Positions 51,629-64,000 of a stretch of 64,000 bases of DNA are shown here, in pieces. Within the stretch, counting starts at the first letter, position 1. Every line of letters starts with the position of its first letter. The DNA comes from Callorhinchus milii (taxonomy: Eukaryota). The DNA is taken from assembly GCF_018977255.1 (NCBI RefSeq), contig NW_024704743.1:94366001-94430000 (forward strand). Reading direction: 5' to 3'. The translations under genes were made by a program, and so were the position numbers. The notes below the pieces were generated by a model, which saw only the letters and a list, made by a program, of their open reading frames with translations, did not search any database and had not been told where the DNA came from.

Positions 51629-54600
51629 TTCAGTCCTTTCAGGACAAACACTGCTAATTGCAGGATTGTTGCTCTGAAACGTATGTACCCAACAGCACAG
51701 GCTGACTCCACACGACCAATTTAAACTACATCAACATCTGTAATTCACCCATCTGTCTGCTGGACTGTGGGGGTTTACATCTGTGGGTTTTTCCCAACCC
51801 TACCTAATCTCTCTCCCAGAATATCGTGCATAAATGTGACAGCATCAAACCATAGCTTCACCCCACCCCACTCAGCATGAAGCTGAGCTTTTCAGTGCAG
51901 CCACAATGGTATAAATTGTGTGTTTTGCACGCCCGGCTTTGAAGTTCATACCAATATTCAACAGTAAATCAGACTTGTAGCATAAGAATATGAAAATCAG
52001 TAAAGGAATCAGTGGGACAGATATGGAAATGTTCATTATGCTGAAATTGAACAAAACAAAATGATGATCCATAATCGTAAGCAAAGCTAAATGGAATTCA
52101 ATGAATATGCTTGGAATTACAGTGCCATGCACAATAGCTTCATATTGTCAGAATGCATAATAAATTGAGAATAACTAATGTCTATGTTTGCTAGTTTGCC
52201 CTTCAGGTGGATGTTAAAGATCCCATGACAAAGTGAAAGGCATTTCTCTGGGTGGCCTGGCCAACAATCATCTATGTAAATCTGTCATTCACCTGTTTTA
52301 TTGGACCTTGCTGTGTGAAAAATAGCTGCCGCATTTGCGTACAAAAAAAACACTATTGTGGACCATAATTGCGGTGAAGCACTTCAAGACGTTTTCTTGT
52401 GAAAAGATAATACAAAAATACAAGCTCTAATTACACGTAACAAAAATCAGTGTAGTGCACCATTAAAGAAGTACAGTTAACATGATACAAACCAGGAACA
52501 GGCTAAAACAATGCTGAGAAAAAATTTGGGGGTGGCTGACCCAGGAGGTTTGCTAACACAAATCAGAGCATCTGACTAACCTGAGCCAGAGACAAGTCTT
52601 CTGTGCGGAGAAAAAGCGAGAAGATCAATTGTAAGCAAAGTTGTTTTGAAGTCTAAGATTCTATGACACTACATGAAAAGAGAAAGGAGTCCATTCCAGC
52701 CCCCCCAACTCCTGGACAACAATTCTCCCCAATAAATGGTCATTCACTTAAAGACCACCTTGTGGGACATTGTTCTGAGTAAATTGGCTGCCACATTTGT
52801 CATTATACTTGCCTGCAATGGCCACTAAATTACTATGGGACATTATGTTACAGATGTTGTATCAAATGCAAGGATTATTATATAAGTAGCAGAATACAAT
52901 AGATAGACTTCAGATGGAGAATGCAATCTGAGGCCTAAGAATCTGAAAGTATGATTGTGCATTTAGCTCACAAGTATCAGGACTACAATTCAGACATCAA
53001 TGGCAAAATACTCATTACAAAAATAAATTTGTTTTGTTACTATTGACTCATTTATAATCTCAACTGCTCACGTGGCTGGCAGATTGTAAAAATTGAAAGA
53101 TTAGTTCCATTTATGGGTGAGTCAGTAACCAACTGTTATAAATTGAGGATTATCACCATGTGACATTATTTTAAAAATCGAAAAAAGCTGCCACCAGCAG
53201 CAACGACAAGAACTTGCATTTATATAACACTTTCCACACGAGGCAGTATCTCGGAGTGCTTAGTTAAGCCTGTGAGCGTTGTGAAGGTAAAAACAATATT
53301 ATCACACGCAGTCAACAGCATTTCTATTATGTTTATTTAACCTTCTACATCATCAATGTCCTAAAGAGAGTGACTAAGTTATCATACGCCTTGAATAAAT
53401 TCAGTAGATTGAAGAATCCCCATAACACTTAGATCAAAGCGTGATCTTAGAAAGTTGTCTGATGTGGGGCAATGGCCAAAAATGTTCAGGTGGATGCTAT
53501 ATATCCCATGGCGTTATTTGGAAAGTGAAGGAAGTTTTCCCCAGTGATCTAGCCAAGTATCCCGCAGATAAAAAATAGTCATTCACTTTGTGGCTGTTTG
53601 TGAGATATTGCTGTGCACAAATTGGCAGCCACATTCACCTACAGAATACACAATCCCTATACTTTACAGTAAATCATGTGAAGCGCATTAAGACGTTGCA
53701 ATAACATGATAAAGTGCTACATCAAATGCAAGGATTATTATTCACAGTAAAACTTTCCATGTTTCTACTTTTGTTTAATTATTTTATTCAATATTCATAA
53801 ATTCTATGTTTGTATTTAATTAGATATCCAAATGTATAACAATTTTATGGCATTCAGAATTAAATGCTTATTGTGTAATTGGAAATGATGCTAGGGTGAT
53901 TACTGATATATATTGATATATATATACATCTCCCACCACCCACCTCGCCCCCAGTGGTTTTCCTTACTCGTATTTACTTGTGGCAAATCCATACAAACAA
54001 AAAGCACAATATATTTAAATCAGGTTTAAGATGCAAGTAAAACCATCGGGGCAAGTGGGGAAGAGAAAGTTTCTCCTGCTGCAATATAAATGTATATGCT
54101 GCAAATGGATTTGGCATCTGCTCAAAAATGATCTCTTAAAAGGTCTTGAACCGTCGACTGACTATTTTTAAAATTTTATTCGAGGGCCAGTTCTGTGAGT
54201 GACTCTTTAATAACATTAAAAAGCTAATTCCGTGCATTGGGCTTACTTACAATTGCACCCGTTCCATGAACTCCTGGAATAATACGACTTCAGAGAAGGA
54301 AACGTAAATGCTGTTTCCCGCCTTTTAATAACACTAACTTGGAACAATACCAAAATGTAGATTAGGCATAACACAACTGGCAGCCTTTCACTACGAAACA
54401 GTTTGTAAGGTCGGTGGTGTTCCAAGAAGAGATTGATGATGAACAAATGTGATAACATTTTATTTGATAGACGAATAAAAATAAATTTGCCTTCGATAGA
54501 GCGTCTTTCATATCAGGACAACGTCTCAAAGCACTTCATAGGATTTACTGTGTATTTGTAGGTGAACGCCATTTTTACTGAAAGACTTTTAACAGAGATT

Positions 54601-54699
54601 CATCAATAAAAAGTATTTGCTTCTCGTCAATGAAGTGACAACTCACTTTGGAGAAAACAACAACTAGTACATGCTCAGCGGGTCTGGTTGAGCGAGGGT

Positions 54700-55900
54700 T
54701 CTTTTAGAGCATGGGTCTCCCATGGATTCCTCTATACTGGAGCTGGTATTCTGCACTAAATCATGGCTGGTTTCCTGGTTGCCAGGTTCTTGGGTTTCTG
54801 CGCTTTATCCCCCAATGACCTGATGCTACAGAAGTCAGCTGTTTTTTATGCTTTGTGAGATACTGGACCAGATGAGCGTGTTAAATTGTATATGTCACCT
54901 GTCACATTGGATGAACATGGGCTTTATAATGAAAACGGGGCTCATTTTAGATTTGAGGCCATAAGAAACTTGGCAGATAACAACTCATCCCAATCAACCT
55001 TTAATTTCCAAGATTCCCTAACTTTCTCTAATATTCTTGTAATCTGCACTGGGCTGGTGAAGTCAGCCGAGGTACAAACTGTAGCACTGATGTATAAAGG
55101 CATCGTTCGCTCTTGATTCAGTCTGCCCTGAAGTATAAAACATAGCCTTCAAATGAAACACAATCCAATTTATATTTATATAGCGCCTTTCACATCTGAC
55201 ATCTCAAGGGGTTTAACACATGCTTGCTGAGCAACCAATGATCCAAATACCTGGCTCCCAGACAATTCAAAATGCCATAAATATGTACTTCTGGGTGGAG
55301 CATTTCTCGATACAACTGTAGAAAATAAACAAGGACTCTGGCAGGATATCCTGAAGTAAGGGATCAGCAGTCCACTTTAACATGTAGCGGGAGAAGCTTG
55401 GAGTTCAAATTCCCTTGAGTTTGTTGTTGAAGGTAAAAGAGATTTGAGCACATCAGCTTTGAGTAATCTTGTGTGAACTGCTTGGAATGCTGTGACAATT
55501 ACCATAGAAAATTCTCACTCAGCATGTCAGGTCCTCCCCAGCACTGGAGAGATCCCTGCAGGGATTCAAAAAGAGAGCAAACACAACTACGCAAGCTGAT
55601 AAAACTGCTACTGTGGTTGAATCTGAAGGTTCCCATGACTGCCCCTGCCTCCCACAGTATAAAGGGCACCGGAGAGACGGAGGAGATGGATTCAGATGAT
55701 CAGGTTCTGAGAACTGGCAATGTAATACCAGCAGATGACTCAGGCAGCGTAGGTGGCAATGACTCCTCTCAGAATTATGGTAAATCACCTCCCCCGCAAA
55801 TGCCATTGCTGCAGAGAGGAGGACAAACAAAACACTCCAGGGTTTAGCAAACCATTTTGATCATCAGAAGAGAGTTTGATGTCGAAGAGCCGGAAGGAAT
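54700..55900 (-). mobile_element. Possible very old PIF/Harbinger remnant (transposase-like and MADF/SANT-like traces)
   Basis: Frameshifted traces only: PSADYKNI..KVRESWKL (MADF-like, ~55010-55060) and LLIPY..AF*IV (DDE_4-like, ~55260-55375). Confidence 0.3.
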
Positions 55901-56379
55901 TTGGAAGCTGACTTAAATAAAGCAAAGACTGTGCAGATTAATGGGTTAAGCAGGAAATAACTAGCTTTTTTTGAAACAAAGGTTCCAGAAATTGAATCCT
56001 GATACAGGGACTTGTTCCATTGCAATTAATTGCAGAATATCACTGAAGTGCATTAATAGCTTACAGTTTGTTTCACACTCTGTACTTCATCTACCCGAGC
56101 ACAGAACCTTTGCTCATACTGTTCAAATAATAGCATACGCAGAATTATAGAGAATAACAGATAACCCACAACCAATAAACAGCAGGGTATTCTAGAGTAT
56201 AAAGTATTCAGTGTTACAATATTTGTAGAAAATAACCTCTGTAGCATCCTCAGCAACATTTGCATTATCGAGAACAACAAAAGGTTATTTGCATTCACAT
56301 GGGTGGGAGACATTCCATGCCCTCTGAGTTGAAGGATGTCAGTGCTTGTGATATAGAACATTTTACCCTTTTATCTGCA

Positions 56380-56655
56380 TTAATTCTCTAAAAACCCAGT
56401 GACTGGAGGGTAACAATTCGCAAGGCAAAAGGGGTGATTAAGAAGAATTTTATTACAGAGAGTTGTTCGGAGTGGAATGCCCTGCTGGATGTCATGGTTG
56501 AGACAGGATCTATATAAGCTTTCAAGAGGAAAAGAGAGACATCTAAAAAAAGAAACGGCAGGTAAATGGGACTGAAAGGATTGCTCTTTCAAAGATCCAG
56601 CATAGACATTGAAGGGCCAAATGGCCTTCTGTGCTGTAAATTTCTATGGTTCTGT
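56380..56655 (+). mobile_element. CR1 LINE 3' end
   Basis: ttttattacagagagttgtt...ggaatgccctgc...gggccaaatggccttctgtgctgtaaatttctatggttct. Confidence 0.75.
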
Positions 56656-56708
56656 AGAAGTGATAAGTGTACATGGTGGTGGTGAGACTATTTACCTTTT
56701 CTAATATA

Positions 56709-56960
56709 TAATAATAAGCTTTGCATTTGATATAGCGCCTTATCACGTCTTCACGATGTCTCAAAGCGCTTCACAGAATATACTCTAAAGTGAATTGACT
56801 ATGTTTTGTGGGCACACAGCAGTGTCCCACAAACGGTCGTGAATTGAGTGATCAAATTATTATTATGTTTTTTGAAGGGATTATTACCCTCGAAAAAGCG
56901 ATTCGTGAATCGAATAACAACCAGGTTCCCACTTACAGAGGCGTTTGGAGTAAGGAACCT
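56709..56960 (-). mobile_element. tRNA-derived SINE, long form, 5'-truncated
   Basis: Reverse complement of the SINE body and tail. Confidence 0.8.
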
Positions 56961-57492
56961 TACTTAATGTTTCTTGCCTAGACGTGTAAAAGGCAAAAAC
57001 TTGCCACTAGTTCACACCCAGAGGATGCACAATCCTTTTGGTTGTAGAAAAGCCAGAGTTTAACAGTAATGGATTGGAAACTCCGCTACTTTTCCATCAT
57101 AATTCTCGAAAGGTTAAGCGAGAGTTCCGAAATAATATTGATATACAAATAATGACTTTGTTTAAGTGGCCTGTAGGTCTAGTCAGTCAAGCATTAAAGC
57201 TCCCAATTGGAATGTTAATTTAACTCAACTGCTTATTTAAACTGTAATAAAATTGGATTGAATATTTTTTGTCAAAGGATGAGTGCAATACCTGCTGAAC
57301 CTAATGAAAGTGACATTCGTACATTTTTCCTTGGGTCTATAATGAATAGGGAAGCACCTGGTCCAGATTATCCCTCTCACCCCTGGAAGTAGGAATAATA
57401 GAGATAGGTTAAGAGGAATAAACTAACCAAAACATTGTAAATTGCTTTTTAATCTTCGCCAGGCTACTTATTTCTGCTCATCATAGAATTGT

Positions 57493-60240
57493 CAACAACA
57501 ACAAGATTACATTTGTATAGCGCCTTTCACATCGGGAGGACATCCCAAGGTGCTGGACAGAGTACAGCATTTCAGATCCGAGCTGGAGTTGGGGGGTAAG
57601 GGAGGGGAGGGCAAGGGGGAATGGCCGATGGCATGGTCGAAGAGGAGGGTCTTGAGGTGGGACTTGAAGGAGGCTAAGGGAGGGGGCGAGGCGGAGTGAC
57701 TGGGGGATGTAATTCCAGAGGTTGGGGGCAGAGTGGCTGAAGGCTCTCCCGCCAATGGTGGGGCAGGTGGGTTGGGGGACGTGGAGCAGGCCAGAGCCGG
57801 CTGAGCGGAGGAAACGGGTGGGTTGGTAGGGGGTTAGGAGGTCGCAGAGGTAGGGTGGGGCGAGGCCATGGAGGACCAGGATCTTGAACTGGATCCTCTG
57901 AAGGATAGGGAGCCAGTGGAGTCGGGCGAGAGTGGGGGAGATGGGGTCATGGAGTTTGGTGCGGGAGAGGACACGGGCTGCAGAGTTCTGGATTATCTGC
58001 AGCCTGTGTAGGGAGGAGTTGAGAAGGCCGACAAGCAGGACGTTTGCATAGTCGAGCCTGGAGGTGATGAAGGCATGAACAAGAGTTTCAGCGGCCTAAG
58101 GGGTGAGGTAGTGGCGGAGTCGGGCGATGTTACAGAGGTGAGGGAAGGCAGAGTGGGTCATAGCTTGAATGTGGGGGAGAAAAGACAGTTGTCGAACAAG
58201 ACACCTAGGTTCCTGACTGGCTTGGTGAGTCGTAGTGGGCAACCATGGAGGTTGATGTTGCCAGAGCCTGAGGTGCTGAGGCACTGGCGCGAGCCAATCA
58301 GGAGGGCCTCAGTCTTGTTCACATTCAACTGTAGGAAATGTGCCCTCATCCAGGACTTGATGTCCGACAGGCAGTCTGTCAGGACAGTAGTGGTCCTGGA
58401 GTTGAGGGTGGAGGAAGAAAGATAGAGTTGGGTGTTATCCGCATACATGTGGAAGTTGACCCCATGTCTGCGGATGATGTCACCAAGGGGGAGCATGTAG
58501 ATATTAAAGAGGAGAGGGACAAGGACAGAGCCCTGGGGGACGCCAAATGTAACATTGCGGGGGCTGGAGGAGAAACCGTTGAAGGCAATGAAGTGGAGAC
58601 GTTGGGAGAGATAGGAATCGAACCAGGCAAGGGCAGATCCGTGAAAATTGAGTAAAGCGGAGAGGGGGTGTATGAGGATGGAGTGGTCGACAGTGTCGAA
58701 GGTGACAGAGAGGTCGAGGAGGACAAGGAGGCAGAGGGAGCCCTGATCACAGTTGTTCAGAATGTCATTAGTGACTTTGACCAGGGCTGTTTCCATGTTG
58801 TGGGCAGCACGGAAGCCGGATTGGAGGGGTTCAAAGAGGGAATAGCAAGAGAGAAAGGAGTGGAGCTGGGACGCGACAACTCGTTCCAGGACCTTGGAGA
58901 GGAATGGGAGATCAGAGTTGGGGCGGTAGCTGGAGAGGAGGGATGGATCCAGGGAACGTTTTTTCAGGATGTGGCTGAAGATGACTGCTTTTACGGGGGT
59001 GGGAACTGAACCGGTGGACAGGGAGAGGTTGATGACATCGGACAGGAGGGGGGCCAGAAGGTGGAGCTGGAAGATGAGGAGAGAGGTGGGGATGGGATCG
59101 AGGGAGCAGGTGGTGGGTTTGAGTTTGCGGACAGTCATAGTGAGGGAGGAGGGAGAGATAGGGTCAAAGGAGTATAGGGGGGATGGGTGAGGGGTGGGTC
59201 ATGAAGGAGAGGCGATCTGGGGGTGGCTGTGGATGGACTGAGGTGGCTGAATGTATCCCCTCGATTTTAGATTTGAGGAAGTCCGGGATCTCCTCACAGT
59301 TGGCGTTTGAGGAGAGGATGGGCGAGGTATGAGAAAGTAGATGGAGGAGACTGTTAGTGGTGGAAAAGAGAAGCCGGGGGTTGTCCTTTAGAAGTAGAAG
59401 GAGGATTTGGGGAGGCAAGAGCACAGCGGTAGATCTTGGTGAGGTGAAGCCAAATCTGCCAATGGTCCGTTTGGATTTGGTCTAGGCGCTTTCAGCAGCT
59501 CGCACTTGTGCCTTGAGGGAACGGAGATGGCTGGTGTACCAGGGAGATTTACGAGAGTTTGAGGCAGTTCGGGAGGTGAGGGAGGCAAGGGAGGCAAGGG
59601 AGTCCAGAATGGAGGAGAGGGAGTTGTGGAGAAAGGAGAGTGAGGAGGGGAGATCGGTCAGGGAGGGCCAGAGGTGTAGGAGTTCAGATGACTCCAGGGC
59701 AGTGGAGAGGGAGAAGGAGGAATTTTTTTTCCATGTATGTAATGGTGGAGGGTTGGGAAGGGGGAAGGGGTACTGAGGTTTAGGGAGTTGAAGTGGTGGT
59801 CCGAGATGGCTTTATCGATGATGATGTTAATGTCCGAGACGGTGAGGCCCCGGGTGATCACCAGGTCAAAGGGGTGGCCACAGACGTGGATGGGGAGGGA
59901 GAGGTTGAGGGAAGAGAGGAGGAAGGAGAAGTCAGCAGAGATAGAGCAAGAGGGTGTGAAGTGGAGGTTGAAGTCGCCTAAGATAAGGAGGCATTCAGAG
60001 CAGAGGGAGAGGGAAGATAGGAGGGTGGAGATATCTGAGAGGAAGGTGGGGGAAGGCTTGGGGGGACCGTAAACAAGGAGGATTTTGAGGGAAAGCCTGG
60101 AGGGGTGGTAGAGGATAAGGTGTTCAAAGGAGGGGAAGGTTCTGGAAGAGTAAGGGGAAAGGCCAAGGGGGGACTGGGAGATGAGAGCCACACCACCGTC
60201 ATGGTGATGAGGCCGTGAGGTTTGGTGAAAGGTGTAACCG
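57493..60240 (-). mobile_element. L2 LINE with most of ORF2 (APE endonuclease plus RT), frameshifted
   Basis: Endonuclease motifs LLVYGPP, LILGDFN and ISDHH (ORF 59658-60191); RT in ORF 58158-59138; (TTG)n tail at ~57493-57503. Confidence 0.95.
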
Positions 60241-60499
60241 AAAGGTGTGGCCTCAACTAGTGGGAAGGTGTCAACAAGGAGAAAGTGAAAAATGACTCAT
60301 ACATTACTGCACGATCCTTACAACATCCTCCTTCTATTGAACTGCAATTCACTTGTTCCACGCAACAACAAACTGCGGTCAAAGCGCCAGCCACGAGTGC
60401 CCTTGAAGTTTGGCAGACACAATACAACAGAGTCCAGGCGTGAAGATTCATTCCAATACACCTGTCTCAGTCAGTCAACTATTGCAGCTCATGTTTTCT

Positions 60500-60538
<39 letters not shown>
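60500..60538 (+). repeat. (CA)n microsatellite
   Basis: Run of cacacaca seen directly. Confidence 0.95.
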
Positions 60539-60629
60539 CTTCAGAACTTACAAGCAGAAGTGGAAAAACGGTTGATCAACTTATCACCCAAAGCATCATA
60601 TAAATAAAATTCAATTCAAAACAAATAGT

Positions 60630-61057
60630 ACAATAATAATCCTTGCATTTGATATAGCATCTTTTGAATCAGCAACACATCTCAAGACGCTTTGCAGGAT
60701 TTACTGTAAAGTGCAGTGACTGTGTATTTTGTAAGTTAATATGCCAATTTGTGTGCAGCAGTGTCCCACAAACAGCATAAAGTGAGTGACCAATTTTATT
60801 TGAGGGAATTGTTGGCCAGAAGACTGGGAGAAATTCCCTTCTCTTTTCAAATAATGCCAAGAGATCTTTAACATCCATCTCTACAGGCAGATGAGACTTT
60901 GGTTTAATAACTCATCCAAAGGATGGACCCTCCAATACTACAGCATATCCCCAGCGTTACCAGCCTAGACTAAGTGAGCTCAAGTCCAGAAGTGGGGCTT
61001 GAACCCACAACTTTCTGTCTGAGAGATGAGAGAGCCACAAGCTGAGCCAGGCTGACA
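60630..61057 (-). mobile_element. DeuSINE-like element, near full length; further copies at ~40760-41072, 43590-44005, 49360-49680, 52190-52430 and 53485-53742
   Basis: Reverse complement starts tgtcagcctggctcagct...gggttcaagcccc; Deu-like centre; tail shared with the young SINE. Confidence 0.7.
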
Positions 61058-61849
61058 ACTAAATGAGAATCTTCACTTTCTGATTGCTGCTTTCCGTGCA
61101 TTTATTCAGGGGTAACTTGCCCTTAGAAGCAAACGCTTAATAAGCTTCAAAGGTCTTTGAAGGCAACAAGATCTGATTATGCTAAAACCATGAAAGTAAC
61201 TAGCTTGATCTGCATGGTAACAGTTTATACGACCCTGTTTGGCTACCTTGTACTTTCATGTTGTCTGAGGACCAGTTTACCTGTAATATCCGGCATGTGA
61301 CAATTAACTTGGGAATTCATCGTCAATTCTGAAAGTCTGATAAAAAGTTCATATCCTGAGCCTATTGCAATCAGGCTCCACGTCAATGTCATTTTACTTC
61401 TAAAACCGTGCCCTCTAAAACCATACAGCACAAGGTTTCATGTTCCAGAACTGTGTGCGCTTCACCGCAGCACGTCTGCAAATGCAGCTGACTGCACGCC
61501 AGCACCTGCAACAGATCAAGCCTCTGCAGCGACCTGCATTTGGCTTGCAGCCTCTTGAAAGCAGAGCAACCTCTGAACCAACAAGCCACGATCATAGGGG
61601 CCTATATCTCAGGCTTCTCCCAAGGAAATCCACTTGTTCTTACCTGGCGTCCCGGACCCCGCCTCAGCTATAATGTGCTGGGACACTGCTGCTTCAGGGG
61701 CAGCAAGTCGTACAAGAAGCTTCAGTCCTTGACCTTACATAACTGTACGTACGACCCAAATAAACACTACGTTTCATCTCAGGCTGCCTGTTAATTCTCT
61801 CCCGTGCCTCAGTGAACTCGCTGCCAGGCAATCCAATACACCTCATCAT

Positions 61850-62320
61850 GTGGCCAGTTGCTATGGTAGCATTGAATCCAGCTGTTTACATTGTAAAAGG
61901 CTGTAACAAACTTTTCTCCTGATCCGGTCAAACAATAAAAGAGCAAATAGGTGTGTCCATTGAGGAGATCAGCCAGCCACCTGATGACAAAATAAAACCT
62001 TGCGTTGATAGCTCTTATAATATTGAAACATCTGAAAGCATTCAATAGATAATTGCTGTCGAGTGACTGTGTACTGGTAGGCATTGATCACTGATGCTGA
62101 TGACCCGTTTAACAGGCAGGAAGGTACTGCGTAAGTGGCAGCCGCTGACCACAGGACTGTCATTGCCGTCCTGACGGTTCGTGTACCATCTCGTACACGT
62201 ACGTGGGATAGGCCAATATCACCCATCCAACCCATACCAGGTGTGAACCCTCCTGAAAACCAGAATAAGTTCTTCCTGAAGATGACGCTAGAATCATAAC
62301 TGAATTCAAAGCAAAACGGA
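61850..62320 (-). mobile_element. Degenerate PIF/Harbinger DDE transposase remnant
   Basis: SYDSSVIFRK...GWMGDIGL (cf. SHDSxIF...WLLGDxGY) and YTVTRQQLSIECF..NARF (cf. HxxTRxxIERxFG..KARF), in ORFs 61969-62367 and 61809-62084. Confidence 0.45.
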
Positions 62321-62386
62321 TGCTGAAAGACTGCTGACACACCAAGAAGGCAGGTGGACAAATCCACCTAATTGCTTAGTCCTGGA

Positions 62387-62830
62387 CTTATCCCCCACAC
62401 CTATATCATCCCTCACCCATATCCCCCTCACTTGTATGCCCCTCACCCATATCATCCCTCAGCCACCTTTCCTTCAATAGTTCCCATCTCTCTTCAATGA
62501 TAGCAAGATCCCAATGCAGGGAAAACTATATCTCTTACAAGTTGAATAATGCAGGCTGAAGGAAACCCTCCGCTGCATGCTCAGGAGCTGTGGAACCATG
62601 CAGAACCATTCTGGCATATATCTTATACAACACAAGTTTTCCCTGCATTGGGATAATATGGGTGTGGGGGATATGGGTGAGGGAGATATGGATGAGGGAT
62701 GATATGGGTGAGGGGTATGTAGATGAGGGGGATATGGGTCAGGGAGAATATGGTGAGGGGAATACGGATGAGGGAGGATGTGGTGGGGGGGGGGTATGGG
62801 TGAGGGGATACAGATGAGAGAGAATATGGA
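62387..62830. repeat. Fold-back structure: inverted minisatellite arms around an inner 20-bp perfect inverted repeat
   Basis: Left arm units like cccatatcatccctca; right arm units like tgagggggatatggg; ATCCCAATGCAGGGAAAACT (62508-62527) and its reverse complement (62635-62654). Confidence 0.85.
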
Positions 62831-64000
62831 TGAAGGAAGAGGCAGGTGAGAGGAAGACGGCATTATTGTTCCACGTGTTAACAAAATGTTATGTTATGGG
62901 CAGGATTCTTTAAGTGAAGTGTATTTAGTGGCATGATGCTACTGTATATGAAAAAACAAGAATTTCAGGACACCCTACCAGAGAGAGAAAGGGACCATAA
63001 TAATAGTTACTGATGTGTATGCAGCTGGGCAATATAGCAGTTCTCTCTCATCACTGAAAATACAGCATCATATGGTCAGCCACAGGATTGACGCTAACAG
63101 CATCATCTTGGTGGCATATGTAAGACCACCCTAGGTGGCAGCAAAGCTATGTAGCAACTTAGCAGGTTCACTTGCAACCAACCAAAACCGAATCAAACTA
63201 ATGTGCAGATTCATCTCCATGTGACAACATTCACAAAAAAAAGGTTAAGGATTTTTTTCCTACAGGCTTTAATCACTGTTTTAAGGGGTGGATGGGGGGA
63301 GAAGGGGTGACCAGTCAGCTGGTTGTGCGGTCTCTTACATCGCCCCCCACCCCCCACCCTGTGGTGCCACAAATGGCATGTTCATCCAATGTAACCCCAC
63401 GTGGAATAAGTGTCTCTGCAATACATTGTAAGAAATTGCTGCATTTGCACTGCATATCTTGGTGGCAAATTGGCACAGATTTGGCAGCCACTCAGCGGAA
63501 AATGTGGAGTACAAAGCATTACTGTGCTGCAGCTAGACTTCCTGGCAAACACCTGGAGTAGGTGTTTTTTGTCAGAAATGTGAGTCCACGCAGTGTAAAT
63601 CCGATGGGTGCACATCACACCAGATTGCGCACGTGCAATATGCAGAATGCCAAAGTCAAGTGCTTCTGTTTTTCCTGGCTCCCATGTCAAAATAATGTGG
63701 AGCAGAATGTACATCCCTGACAAAAGTGCAGACTTTCAACTGTCAGTACTTCAGGGACTCCCAATGCAAAAGGCTCCATATAAATGTCATTTGTTGATGA
63801 TGTAATGGGAATGCTGCATGTAGCAAAATGTAACGTCAGAACCTCGCCATAACATTGCTTCTGTGCTTAGCCAAATCTGTCTCTAGGCGTCACTGCCTTT
63901 AAAAAATCTGCACTCCTCAGCTGGATTTGATGAATTTACCACAGTCAGTTTGCTCGTCTCAGAAACTGCCATTATTGAAGGTGTCTTCACGCTGGCTGCA

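Noticed and set aside
751..63805. Remaining short ORFs in the six-frame track
   Set aside because: They fall in repeats or are chance intronic ORFs with no recognisable domain or splice-compatible structure.

Overview
Vertebrate genomic DNA, most likely from a cartilaginous fish (inferred from the L2/CR1 LINE, Deu-type SINE and Penelope-like repeat content; possibly a holocephalan). The only host gene I can support is alpha-dystrobrevin (DTNA) on the minus strand. Eight coding exons (44478-44544, 38476-38556, 37559-37772, 32211-32296, 27991-28145, 13561-13666, 10028-10194, 7012-7136; 1001 nt) have GT-AG boundaries and compatible phases and encode the N-terminus, EF-hand region and ZZ zinc finger. 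The rest of the gene lies below position 1; no 5' non-coding exon was identified. Most of the window is intron filled with L2 LINE copies, three SINE-like families, CR1 fragments, mariner and Harbinger remnants, MITEs and a solo LTR. The most interesting observations are: (1) a 12-nt frame-preserving microexon candidate at the position of the DTNA vr1 variable region; (2) a 549-bp fold-back Penelope-like element with a 14-bp TSD and a minimal hammerhead-ribozyme core in each arm; (3) a near-identical duplicate of the start-codon exon's acceptor and ATG that could act as a poison exon; (4) a 1.3-kb solo LTR whose apparently long R region holds two tandem arrays; (5) several local inverted or fold-back duplications. 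No prokaryote-type system such as CRISPR is present. Repeat boundaries are approximate and family names were assigned by eye, without database searches.
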